Shown here piece after piece: positions 41,141 through 53,118 of a DNA stretch of 64,000 nucleotides; the first letter of the stretch is position 1, and each line of letters begins with the position of its first letter. The stretch is from Octopus sinensis (lineage: Eukaryota), in NCBI RefSeq assembly GCF_006345805.1, contig NC_042998.1:200012001-200076000 (forward strand), given 5' to 3'. The notes under the pieces were generated by a model. That model saw only the letters and a program-made list of their open reading frames with translations, was not told the origin of the DNA and searched no databases. The position numbers and the translations under genes were made by a program.

Positions 41141-41145
<5 letters not shown>
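40822..41145. mobile_element. Fold-back element: perfect 88-bp inverted arms (40822-40909 / 40955-41042)
   Basis: Exact reverse complements; the ORF track gives the same peptide on both strands. The right arm continues to (TA)n and is homologous to 60130-60345. Confidence 0.9.
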
Positions 41146-41186
<41 letters not shown>

Positions 41187-41255
41187 ATATATATTTATAA
41201 CGGCGAATGGACACCGAAAAAATTCCACTTTCCTGTTTGATTAGTTTTGTGTACG

Positions 41256-41290
<35 letters not shown>

Positions 41291-42568
41291 ATATATATAT
41301 ATATATATATATACGCATATATTTGAGTGTCTTTGTGTGTGTAATGAACAAAGAACACCAAAGAATTTTACAGAAAAACACAGAACCTGTTACATGGAAT
41401 TTTTACACAGGTTTTCTCCAGAGATATAAGGATTTCAGCTTTTAGGGGACAGGTTGGTCGATTCAACTGTACCCATTATGTGAGATTCAATTTGTTTTAT
41501 TCTGTCACAATATAAAACATAAATATATATATATTACAAAACACGCTCTTCCATTTTTTGGCATTTGTCGATTTGAGCTCTACAATTTCGACATGCAACA
41601 AATTTATTATGCTACCCGTTTTACATCTGCATACAACAATCAATGGATATAAAGCTGAGTTGTGACATAGATATTGTACACAATAGATATTGTGGCTAGT
41701 GCTAGTATTTCGTTAGACATTTTATATGAGAAAAATAACGGTGTAACTAATATATCTGAACTCCCAAGTTGTAATGTAGATATTACTTTTATTTTTCTCA
41801 ATATACGTGATACATCGTGGAAACATTGAAAGAGTAACACACACCAACACACACAGAGACACACGTGTGTGTGTGTGGAGGGGGGTCCGCGTATGCGTGT
41901 GCTCATGTGCGTGTGTCCCCACGTATGCGTGTGCATATGTGTGCGTGTATCTGTGTATTATGTGTCGCTGTGTGTTAGAATTATATCATATAAAATGGAA
42001 TAGGAAAGAATTCAGATTTACACGAAGCGTCTCAATATTTTTCAATAGATAAATAAAGAATAAATAGAATAGAGAATGAAAGGAAGCGAATTTGGGTGAA
42101 AAAACGAAAAATCAAAGTATAGCAGAAGGTGAAAAAAATTGGGAAATATTTCTTTTATTGCTTTTTATCCAGTCTCTGTGACAAATTTAAAATGAGTAAT
42201 GATGAAAGCACACGCACACGTTCCTTTGTCACGCTGGGTTCAATTTGTTCCTGTAATACTGTTGACATTATTTTTTTTTTTTTCACGAAAGCTAGCGTTG
42301 CTGCGTTTTTTTTTTCTCCCAGTCTTTCCTAGAGAAGCAATAAAGTAATGACAAAAGTTTTGTTAATTTGTAAGCGGAGTAAAAATAAATGTTTGGGTAA
42401 ATGATACCTCGATATTTTGCACGTGATCTTGGCCCGTATCAAACATTGCACTCAACGGTTCATTAACAGATGTTCCCTTATTGTACAAGCAAAGAAATCT
42501 AACCCCAAACAGAATACAAGTAATTTCCACATTAACATTAGGTACTCGGTTACCTATCATCGCTCTAA

Positions 42569-42894
42569 AAAAAAAGACTCCGCCGGTTACGACGACGAGG
42601 GTCCCAGCTGATACGATCAACGGAACAGCTTGCTCGTGAAATTAACGTGCAAATGGCTGAGCATTCCACAGACACGTGTACTCTTAACGTAGTTCTCGGG
42701 GTTAATCAGCGTGACACAGAGAGTGACAAGGCTGACCCTTTGAAATACAAGTACAACTCATTTTTGCCAGCTGAGTGGACTGGAGCAACGTGAAATAAAG
42801 TGTCTTGCTCAAGGACACAACGCGTCGCCGCGAATCGAACTCACAACCTTACGATCATGAGCCGAATGCCCTAACCACTAAGCCACGCGCCCTC
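42569..42894 (-). mobile_element. tRNA-derived CORE-like SINE family D with 17-bp TSD
   Basis: A box TGGCTTAGTGG, B box GTTCGATTC, gtgtccttgagcaagacactt. TSD ACCTATCATCGCTCTAA at 42552-42568 and 42895-42911. Confidence 0.9.
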
Positions 42895-43934
42895 ACCTAT
42901 CATCGCTCTAATTGCATAGTGACAATCAGCGAATTCAAAATACACTCTTGTATAGTGCAACTTGGTAGCTATATTTCCATTTAATTTAGTGGAATACGTC
43001 AGCTCTCTTGGAAAATCGTGGATACTCCCTCCTCCAAACACATGACACTCTAAATCGGACCCTAGTTGAGAAACCCATTTCGTATGATGCCTTTTTGCGT
43101 TTAAATGCCCAAACAATACAATCAATTTCCTCACACTACAAAAGATGCGAAATATTCCTGAAATCGCTTTCTACCATCTTTAAATAAGAGCATTTAATGA
43201 CCATATGAAGGTTGTGCATATATACTATGAAAATACTTTACAACTATGAAGAAAACTGAGGAGCTTGCATTGACCGGCTAGTGTGTTTCTTTACCAATAA
43301 CTGTTCATTTTCTTCTCAGCAACCATCACTATCAATCGAATGTGATACGTGACGATACTTTCTTTAGTAAATAATATACAAACCACTTTATATGCGAATA
43401 GTTTGAGGCAAACTAGGTGGGGGGACATAACATTCCTCACCCATCAAAGCTAACTACAGAGAGAAGGCTCTAGAAATGATAAAATTGCATAATTGGTAAC
43501 CTAGCATGCCTCTGATCCTCAGACAGTCAATTATAAAAGAGTAAAAAGAATATATTATATTTCGAATCAAAATTAAAATATTTATATTATTAATCTCTAC
43601 TATGGTATGTAGTACAATTTCTTCTGACAGCCAACGTTAAACGCACACACGCACATATTCACGTACACACATGCACACACACACATATGCATATGTGTGT
43701 TTATTTTTATGTAGATGTGCGCGTGTGAGAGTTTCTATACATACATCTTAGAATTCATATCTACACGCGTATGCAAGTATTTCGATGTGTGCGTGAGTTG
43801 ATGTTTACCAAAATGTGTGCGCAAAAGAAAACTGTACACTTTACACATGGGTGACAACGATGCAGCTCATCATGCTTGTCACGGTTGGATTGATCATTCT
43901 CTTTGATCATTAAATACGTCACATTGTCTTTGAA

Positions 43935-44370
43935 ATATGAAAGTAAATTTGATTGTTTTTCTTAATTAAAGTGATTTATGTACTTCCAAGTGGTCAGACA
44001 AGCATAAAAGAGATTTACTTAGACGAGCTGAGGCGTATGAGAGACATTATAAAGTGAGCGATCTGACGTATAGGCATGCAATGTCTTGTTGCTTCGCCAC
44101 TACAACGTATAGCTCACGCGTCACCTGTTATCTGTGACTTTTCGTTGAAGCACGAAACAAATCTCGCCCCGCAGTCGCCGAGTAAACCCCTTTGGATATT
44201 TCACGATATTGAAATATTAAATCTAACTCAGTAGGCCACCGATTTCTCACAATACAAGATATCGAAGAAGAATCGACTCGACAAATGTGTATGAATTCAA
44301 AGAAAATTTTCCAGAAGGCATTTCGGATCAAGAAAGTAATTTGGGAATTATCTATCGAAAGTATACAGTT
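43935..44370 (+). pseudogene. mariner (DD34D-like) transposase relic
   Basis: KVNLIVF, LPSGQT, YLDELRRMRD, LRHYN..AHAS and GHRFLTIQDIEEES..FQKAF match the mariner catalytic domain and C-terminus. Confidence 0.7.
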
Positions 44371-45152
44371 CTCAATTGGAGGAGTTAGTCATAGTTACAA
44401 TATAAAACGTAGCAATAGGATTATGATTATTATTTTGTTATGAATTTTAACCTTTGGAGAAACCTTATATCCTTTGAAATATACACATTCAAACAAGTAT
44501 AGGAATATAATTATATGTTCGTATGCGCATACATGTACATTATAAGGTACACTAGAGAAACGAATATGTGTGACTGTGTATCTAAATATAGACCTCATAT
44601 ATAAATCTATCTATCTGTCTATCTCTCTATCTACCCATCTGTCTGTTTCTCTCCACCTTTCTCTCTCCACATATCTGTCTGTCTGCCTCTATCTATCTAT
44701 CGATCTATCTAAATTCTATCTGCATGGATGCATGTTTATATGTACTTCAAATATGTGTGTTTTATAAATAAGATCTATTAATTGAATATAAACATATTTG
44801 TGTATATCTATAGCACAGTCTCTTTCGCTTCATATCTTTCAGTATATAAATATATATATATATCTCATTGTCTGTATAAGAACACTCACCTGCATACTCA
44901 CAGAAAAAAAAATCATATCTACAAGGAATGAAATAGAAATATGTTTTGTAATCCCACATTGAGAAGAAATAATCAAAATTGAGGAATTGATTTTAGTGAT
45001 AAGAGTGGAAAATAGGGCTAACTGAAACACATAGCTAACGAAAATAAGAATCGGCTTCTTTAGGCTTTTATTTTAATAGAAAATGAAATGTTTCAGAATT
45101 TTATTTTTCCCGCAACTTACTTTAAATGAAGTCGATAAAGAAAAAGTAGAAA

Positions 45153-45730
45153 TCTATATCTATAAAAGACAGGATGTGTTGTTTATATGTGTGTATGTGA
45201 ATGTAATTTATGCACGTCCATAAATTAGCGCGCATGCCCAATTTTAGGAGGACATTGGTCACAACGATGGCTGTGTTATTGTCAACTTATTTTCCCTGGG
45301 GCGCCCACGGATAGCGGTAAAAATCGATTTTCAACCATAACTTTTACCAATTTCCACGTCGGTGAAATCTGTAAGTTTGCTAACTATAGTTATGTCCCCT
45401 GTTTAGCAATGGTGAAAAGGGAAAACAAAGTGTAAATTTTTAGATTGTCACCCACACAATCTTCACTAAGAAAAAAAATCGGAATCAATTATCCTGACCT
45501 CCTAATATGCTGCAAATCCCTTATTTTGGTTCGGGAAAAAGGAGGGGAAGCGACCCCCACCCCGGAATCAGTGGAAATTATAATTTTGTTCTCGTTGGAT
45601 GAATTCCTGTGACCTAATATGCTACAAATAATATAATGTGAAGTCCGAAAAACGGGGTAGGGTGAGGTGGAAACCTTGGAAATTTCACCCCCACCCCCAT
45701 CAACCTTTTCACCAGCACGAATAGCAACAA
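45153..45730 (+). mobile_element. Possible Helitron-like non-autonomous element (5' end only clear)
   Basis: A|TCTATATCTATAAAAG followed by a TG-rich tract, as in the other Helitrons. No clear 3' CTAG. Confidence 0.4.
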
Positions 45731-47720
45731 TAGAAATTCGAAAGTAATTATACTCAATGCTTCCAAATCTTTGAAATTTAATTCTCAACAAACACAAATT
45801 TTAACACGTGATCTCTTTGTTCAAATAAAGCTTGGTAAATGGTAACTCAAAGTCGAAAGAACTCCTTTCTTTTACTCTTCCCCGCCAACTTATATTTGAG
45901 TGCATGTGTGTCTATGTGCCTCTGAGTGTGTGTATGTGTGTATGTGTGTGTGCGTGTGTGTGTGTGTGCGAAAGCGTAAATCATGTGGGTGTGTGCGCGC
46001 ACACACACATGATTTACGCTTTCGTAATTTTTAGTTATATTCTATAACAATTCCTGCTAATACTACCGATGTTAACACCACTACTATAGGAACACAATAA
46101 ATATTATTATTCTGATAACATATCATAGAAGTTTACACGTTCATGAATCTATGACTTATTTGCTGAGGCAGAAGTAATTTACCATTGTGTATTTAAAACC
46201 ATTTTTTTGCTTCTGTGGTGCGTGAGAGAATGGTCTTAATCGTTCCCAAGAAAGATAACTCCACGGAATTACTAGCTCTGTATGAGTTTAAAAAAATACA
46301 TATATAATAGTTATTTATGTTTTTCCTAACTTTAAGCATTTATTATTGCTTTTACAGCTCAGTACTCCGAGTTACCTACGTTAAACAGAACTGTAAATGG
46401 AATATTTCAGGATGTGATCACCACTAAATATTTAACTAAAATATTTCAAGACTTGTGTATGCAAGCCAAATGCTCAATGTGCTTATTTCATAAGAAGACC
46501 GTCAATTTGTGACTTTTTTAGCTGGCGTTTCTAACTTATTATATGGGTACAAAAGCATTACTTCTGTCGATTGCTTGCCGTGGTTTCGAGTTTATACAAG
46601 CACATTTCCCTCTGTAGATAAGTTATTCATGCACGTATGCGTGGATGATAGTATGCGAGTATGCAAGTATAAATGGAAACTGTATCACAAAGAAATATTC
46701 CATATTATAGCAGCTTTCTTTATTGATATTTCGGCATTTTTTCGAAAATGAAATTGCGAAAATATACATCACGTTTGAGACATATATTCTAAAGACATTT
46801 GTAACTTTCCTATTCTTATTATTTTACGCAGATTAATAATGTATTGAAGAAACCTTAAAAAGAAAGCAGAGAAAGTATTTTTCTCCTCGAGCTAAACGAA
46901 AGTAGAGACGGCAATATTGGGAGTGTATATATGTGAGTGTGTACACGAGTAAAAATGTATATCTCCTTTCCTTTGCATTGGATGTAGCATATGTTTAGGT
47001 GGACTGAATGATTGTTGATTCTCCATATAATACTATGTGCCACGTCAAAGTGAAGTGGCAGATGCAGGAAGAGGATTGCATACACGCTCTAATGTCTACA
47101 TTGAAAACAAATATCCAAAGCCAAAGCAATAAGGAAAAATCAAATAAGTATTTTATCCTTGATCAAGAAAGTTGTCAGATGCCTTGACAATTCGCTGCTG
47201 TGATACTAGCAACTTTTATCTCATTGCGTGCAAAAAATAATTGGTGTTTTTCTTCAGAAAATAAATGAAACATTGAATTACTGTTTTATATACACATTAA
47301 TTTATACACCTATACTCAGATGCACTCATACACACACACACACACACATGCACTAAAGAAATGTTACTCCATTGTTCTCTTTGGCTCTTTACAAGGATAA
47401 GAATTTCAATATTTATGTCAATCGTGTTTGGATTAATTGCCCTTTTAAATCTACAACCGAAGCAAATTAGGACCAAAATACCAAGTAGAAATATCTAAAA
47501 ATATTTTGAAGTATCAAATTATTTTCAGATAAACGAAGAACTTAAATAACAAAAAAATGATTATGTTACAACGTATGTATCTGTTATAACATTTTTTACA
47601 TTTACTCATATATTCAGATAAATGTTGATACAATTTTGTTAACGTACCATTAATGAGCAGGAAATTAATATAATAATTTATAAACGTATATTTGATCCAA
47701 GTCTTCAGATTTAACGTAAC

Positions 47721-48600
47721 CTAGCAGAATTGCCCGGCGATGCTCGGGGCTGAATTGCTTGAAAGTACTGTTAATGATTGCACTGAATGATGATGATTAT
47801 TCAGGCAAATATTGATATAAGTTTACGGTGGGAGATAAGGACTTAACGATCAAACGTGTGCCATTTCATTGTTTTGGGGGAACTACATTTCTAATGAGCA
47901 TTATAGGGGCACCAACTTTAAGTTTGAGAATGTGTGGTGGTAGTCCGGGGGTGGGGGCTCAAAGGAATTGAGTACCTCTATTGGATAGTTGATGACGTCC
48001 TCTGGGTCAGGAGTTGTATCGATAGACTTATATACATAGACATCCCCAGGAATGATTTTTAGCATTTCATCATTAATATGGTGAACAGTTTTATTCCTCG
48101 GGGCCAGAATAGCCCTTTGGCCAATCCAATCCATATTCTGATAATTAGCTTGTAGATCTGCGAACATTGCATCTCTGAGATCAGAAGGCGTTTTAACAAT
48201 GGTACAAATGGAATCGATGGCAATATTACCATTTTCATCCCCTGGTATTTTGCCTTCGCCAAGTTGAGAGTTAAAAAGGTCGAGTTGCGTCCCCTAGACA
48301 GTCTGTACCAGGAATAGCTAGATATTGATAGAGTTGAAAGTTAAAAAGGTCGAGTTGCGTCCCCTAGACAGTCTGTGGTTTGTGTTTCTGATTCTCGACC
48401 CCATGTCAAATTTATCGATTTTTTTCAGAACTGGGGGAACTTTTCAAAATTTTCGCTGCGTTAGTTTTGAATTATGACATTGGGCTATGTGTGTGTCAAG
48501 TTTCATCAGAATCGGTTGAAAGTCGTGGTCAGGGTGAGGGCACAACCTAACAGACACACAGACACGCACACAGACAAACTGCCGTTTATATAGAGAGAGA
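47721..48600 (-). mobile_element. Non-autonomous Helitron carrying a PIF1-like helicase fragment
   Basis: 5' A|TCTCTCTCTATATAAAC; 3' hairpin cccgagcatcgccggg then CTAG. Internal WIGQRAILAPRN..YKSIDT..YPIEVLNS / GLPPHILKLKVGAPIMLIRN..NGTRL. Confidence 0.9.
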
Positions 48601-49365
48601 TGATATCTACGGTTTTAAGACTAACGCATTGTAGTCACTCTTAAAAATCAAATAGTTTATCTCAAATATAGTAGAGGCAGATTACTTCAACCACCCACCT
48701 CAGATTAATAGATATTGAGAGGTAAGGCGAAGCATAGGTACCATCAAAACAATGAGAACCGTAGGTGTTGGACTTTCGAGTAGTGAAATATGAGAACTAT
48801 CAACATCATCGAAAATATGATTTTCTTTCATAACTTGCAAGAACAATATTCAATCAATAGTATTTTTGATGTATGACTCATAAAACGACGACTGCCAATA
48901 AACAGACACAATTGGAGCTGTACAATGTTCTTGCCTATAGCTATTAGCTGTATAAAGAAAATCTGACTTGTACTATATTGAGAAACTGGGTTATGAAGCT
49001 TTCTGAATGGAGGGGAACTACTTGAAGACTCTTCCCCCCATTTTGTGCATGATTTCATACCATTGAAAACGATCCAGGTATGTTACCTCTAAGCAGTTAC
49101 TTTCCACATTAAACTGCAGCCAAATTTCGCCCAGTTATATCCGACACATTTAAATAAGGTTTATGTTCGACCATTTATTCGTAGTATTACAAAAATGCAA
49201 TATTGCCTCGACTGGAATTTCTTTGATTATAGTTTTAATCGATTGAAGCAGACTTAGGACCAAACAGGAACATGAGCGAGCACACCTGCAAGGGTTTTAC
49301 AAAGGCTGCGAAATGAAGTTTGAACTTTTCATGGATGTATGTATGTATTCATACACCCATATCTA

Positions 49366-49414
<49 letters not shown>

Positions 49415-49507
49415 GATAACTGAAAATCCCTCGAACTTATTTGTTGCTGCCATTGAGCTACAATTAAACTTTTTCCGCATGAAATAAAAAATAGAATATA
49501 TTCGATC

Positions 49508-49718
49508 ATACAGTTCTATGCTTAATAGATGAGGAATTATGTTTATCATTTACATTAATTACAATTGACGGATATTTGTCCTCATCTTGTTTGTTGGTAA
49601 CACAACTTTTCGGCTGATAAATCCTCCAGCCTTCATCAGGTGTCTTGGGGGAAATTTAAAACCGGGGTTCCTGAGGTATTTTTCGACGTTGTTGTTGTTA
49701 TTATTATTATTATTATTA

Positions 49719-49752
<34 letters not shown>

Positions 49753-49882
49753 GTTATTATTTTTTTTTCAGGTCACTCGAAATTTCCCCAAGACACCTGA
49801 TGAAGTTGGAGGGCATATCATCCGAAACGTTGTGTTAACAACAAACAAGATGTGGACAAATATCCATCAATTGTAAATAATA
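49508..49882. mobile_element. Fold-back element: inverted arms (about 49551-49657 / 49780-49882) around (ATT)n, each arm with a hammerhead motif
   Basis: Consensus ACAC-CUGAUGA-A-GGCUG..CAGCC-GAAAC-GUU|GUGU on minus (49600-49643) and plus (49793-49835). Confidence 0.85.
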
Positions 49883-50139
49883 TGGATAATGAAAATTCGA
49901 TTAGTCCCCCAAGAAATAGTAGGACTTTTAGCAAAAAAGGAACTCACTAGTAGAAGAAGGATCCCTTATATCTCCCCCTAGTTGAAAATGACAGGAAAGC
50001 ACTGATATATTCCGGAGGAGATTAAAGATTTTCGAAAACAAAATACGGAGCCCAGGTCAAGCGTGGATTCCCTGGCTGTCGGCTGTAATAAAAACAATAA
50101 GGATGGTTCCAAATTTTGCCAGAAATGCAGCAATTTTTT

Positions 50140-50512
50140 GGGGGAAAGGATGAGTCGATTACATCGACTCCAGTGTTCAATTGGTACTTATTTCATGGAC
50201 CCCAAAAGATAAAAGGGAAAGTAATTTTTGGAGTAATTTGAACTCAGAACGTAGCAACAATTGAAATACCCCTAAGTATTTTGCTTGGCGTGCTAACGAT
50301 TCTGCCAGCTCGCCGCCTTAATCCTTGACATTTTGGAGGAGGAGACCAGTCAATTAAATCGACACCAGTGTTTCACTGGTGACTAATTTATCCCTCCAGA
50401 AAGGATGAAAGGCAAAGTCGACCTCGCCGGAATATGAAATCAGAACCTAGCGACGGGCAAAATACCACTAAACATTTCACCCGGCATGATAACGATTCTG
50501 TCAGTTCACCGC
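50140..50512 (-). mobile_element. Two tandem SINE family B copies
   Basis: 50140-50320 and 50335-50512 each match the reverse complement of the family B head and body. Confidence 0.8.
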
Positions 50513-50560
<48 letters not shown>

Positions 50561-50600
50561 TATAATAATAATAATATAATAATAATAATAATAATAATAA
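50513..50600. repeat. (AAT)n microsatellite
   Basis: Directly visible. Confidence 0.95.
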
Positions 50601-53118
50601 GGAAGGCGGCTGGACGTGACAGAGGATGGACGTTTTTTACGATGCTCTGAACTGGCAACAGCGAACCCAGCAGGTCAACTGTAGAAAACTGGAAGATCTA
50701 CTGTTTTCTGTAAGTAATTGAATTACCCTCAAAATAAGAAAAAAAAAAATCTTACATATCTACAGCTCATACAAACGTACACCTAACAAGAAAAATTAGA
50801 AACATACATATCTCCAATTCTGTGTGAACATTTACATTTAGTCGTCTCTCATGACTATAAGAATGTGTAAAATTGCCTTTTAAATTACCTTTTTTGTAAC
50901 AAACAATTAAATGCACGATAAAAAGTTATGGAATTAGCACCTACTACTACATACATACAACGAATTCAGAAATTTAAAAATATATACATAACATTGAACT
51001 CAGAAAGTTATTTAAAAAAAAGAAAAAAAAAATCTTCGACGAAAACATCAGATAATATGTGTGAGTGAATATACATACATAACATATACATATGCAGTGG
51101 AGAAGAAGAGAACGAAAAAAAAAAATAAATAAACGTAAACAGGTTTGACCTTTTACTGACCATTAACGTCCTTTGTCTCCACCATCTACCGTGGCTATTT
51201 ATAGACCCAAAGAACATGAATTCTTTAACACCCATTCTCCAACACAATGGAGGTTGATGGTGGCTGTGGCTACACATTGAAGATGATGATGGTGATGGTG
51301 ATGTTGCTGATGATGGTGATGGTGGTGAAGATGATAGTAATAACAATAATAACTGACAGATCCCGTCTTTTTCCCTTTCTTTTCGTTTCCTTTCCGTATT
51401 TTATTCTCATTATTTCGAACTAATACAGACACAGTAAGCCTTGAAGAAAGGAAGAGGAGAAAGGAGAAAAAAAAAAAATGTCCGGAGATAAAACTATCAA
51501 CAAAAAAATACAGACGAATATAGATCTGCTAGTCTTAAGAAGCGGCGCTATGAGCAATGCTTACATGTAGTGAACCCGAAACTGACAGATCCATCTCCTA
51601 ATATAAGAATGGATGCTCGTCATGCTTCAAGGTCAACAAATCAAACAATAAACCGCATTGGTCATTGCGCGGATTACAAAAGACCACGTACCCGAAAATT
51701 GAACCAAATTCTGATTGAAAAATCAGTTACTGGATCAAATCTTCCCAACACACAGGAGCTGGACGAACCCCACAACCGGAATATTCCAACAGATGGCCAT
51801 CCATGCTCATCACCAAATAATCAAAAGAAAAAGAAGGAAAAATGGTCTAGGGAAGATAATAAAGAAGTTCTTGAGGCCTTCTACCATGCCATATATTTCC
51901 CCACAGATAAGTCTAGCACTGTACAAGCATACTTAAACTGGAGACAGAAACACCCTGAAGTAAGACCCTACATAGACAGTAACAAGCTTGCCAATGTTAG
52001 AAGAAACATTATAAAAAAGAAATTACTGACTGAAGTAGAGATTGATCAGGTTAGACAAGCATATCGGATAAAATGAACGAAGCTGCAGCTAGAGAAGATA
52101 ATACAGAGGAAATGATTATAGACCAGCCCAGGGCGGATAAAAACGAAGAGAGGATTGAAAGAGTTAGTATAAGTGATAGGCAAAGTGAAATACGCCCTGA
52201 ACCAATCATAAACACTAAGACAGATGAGCATCAAATAGATAAAGAAAGTCACACAAATATTGACCAACAGAACTACATGAGCTAAAAAATCAAATCATGA
52301 TTGAATGGCTGAAAATTAAAGAAACCAGCATGGATGAGCGTGATACACTTCCTAAAATCCGCAACTCTAACCAAAACATGAAAATAATTGGTAAATCCGG
52401 CTTGCACTTAAGGATATAATTTCAGTTAATGATGTTGATATCACAAACCTCAATCACCTATACTATGCATCCGCGAAAATCTCAACGATCCTATGTGGTG
52501 TAAAGATTAGAAAACGGCAACAGTCCCACAAAAAGCCTTCTTGGCAAGAGCGTCTGCAACAACAAATTAAAGTATTTAGATCTGACATTGAATATTTGAA
52601 AAACCTTAAGGCTCACAAGACTACCAAACCTACAAAAACCCAAAATTACTGAAAAAATACAATATGAAAACTATACTTGATATTGATGCCACCATAGAAA
52701 CCATCAAACAAAAGGTATCTGCCAAAGCTGCCCGCATAGCGAGGTATGAAAAGCGTGTTAGATTTTTCAAGGACAACAACATGTTCAAAAATAACACCAA
52801 GAATTTTTACAGGAAGATAGGAAAAACAGCGTTTACTGCAGGGTCTGTACCATCAAAAGAAGAAGTGCAGAGATTTTGGAATAAAATCTGGGCAGAAGAA
52901 AAAACACACAACGAAAAGGCCCCCTGGATTGACAGAATATCTACAGAACTGGACCCCTTAGAAGAGCAAAAGTGGGAGGGTGTCAAGGTAGAAGATATAA
53001 GATCTGCTCTCAGGAGGTCAAGCAAATGGAAGTCTCCAGGAAAGGATAAAATTCCTAACTTCTGGCTGAATGCCTTCCAGAGAGCCATGAACTGCTAACA
53101 GAACTGTACAATGATGTT

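Noticed and set aside
46358-46511. About 50-codon open frame after a ttttacag acceptor-like site
   Set aside because: No recognisable protein similarity and no linked exons; compatible with chance.
48500-48512. CTGATGAAAC on the minus strand
   Set aside because: Part of the Helitron 5' region; no stem II or stem I pairing.
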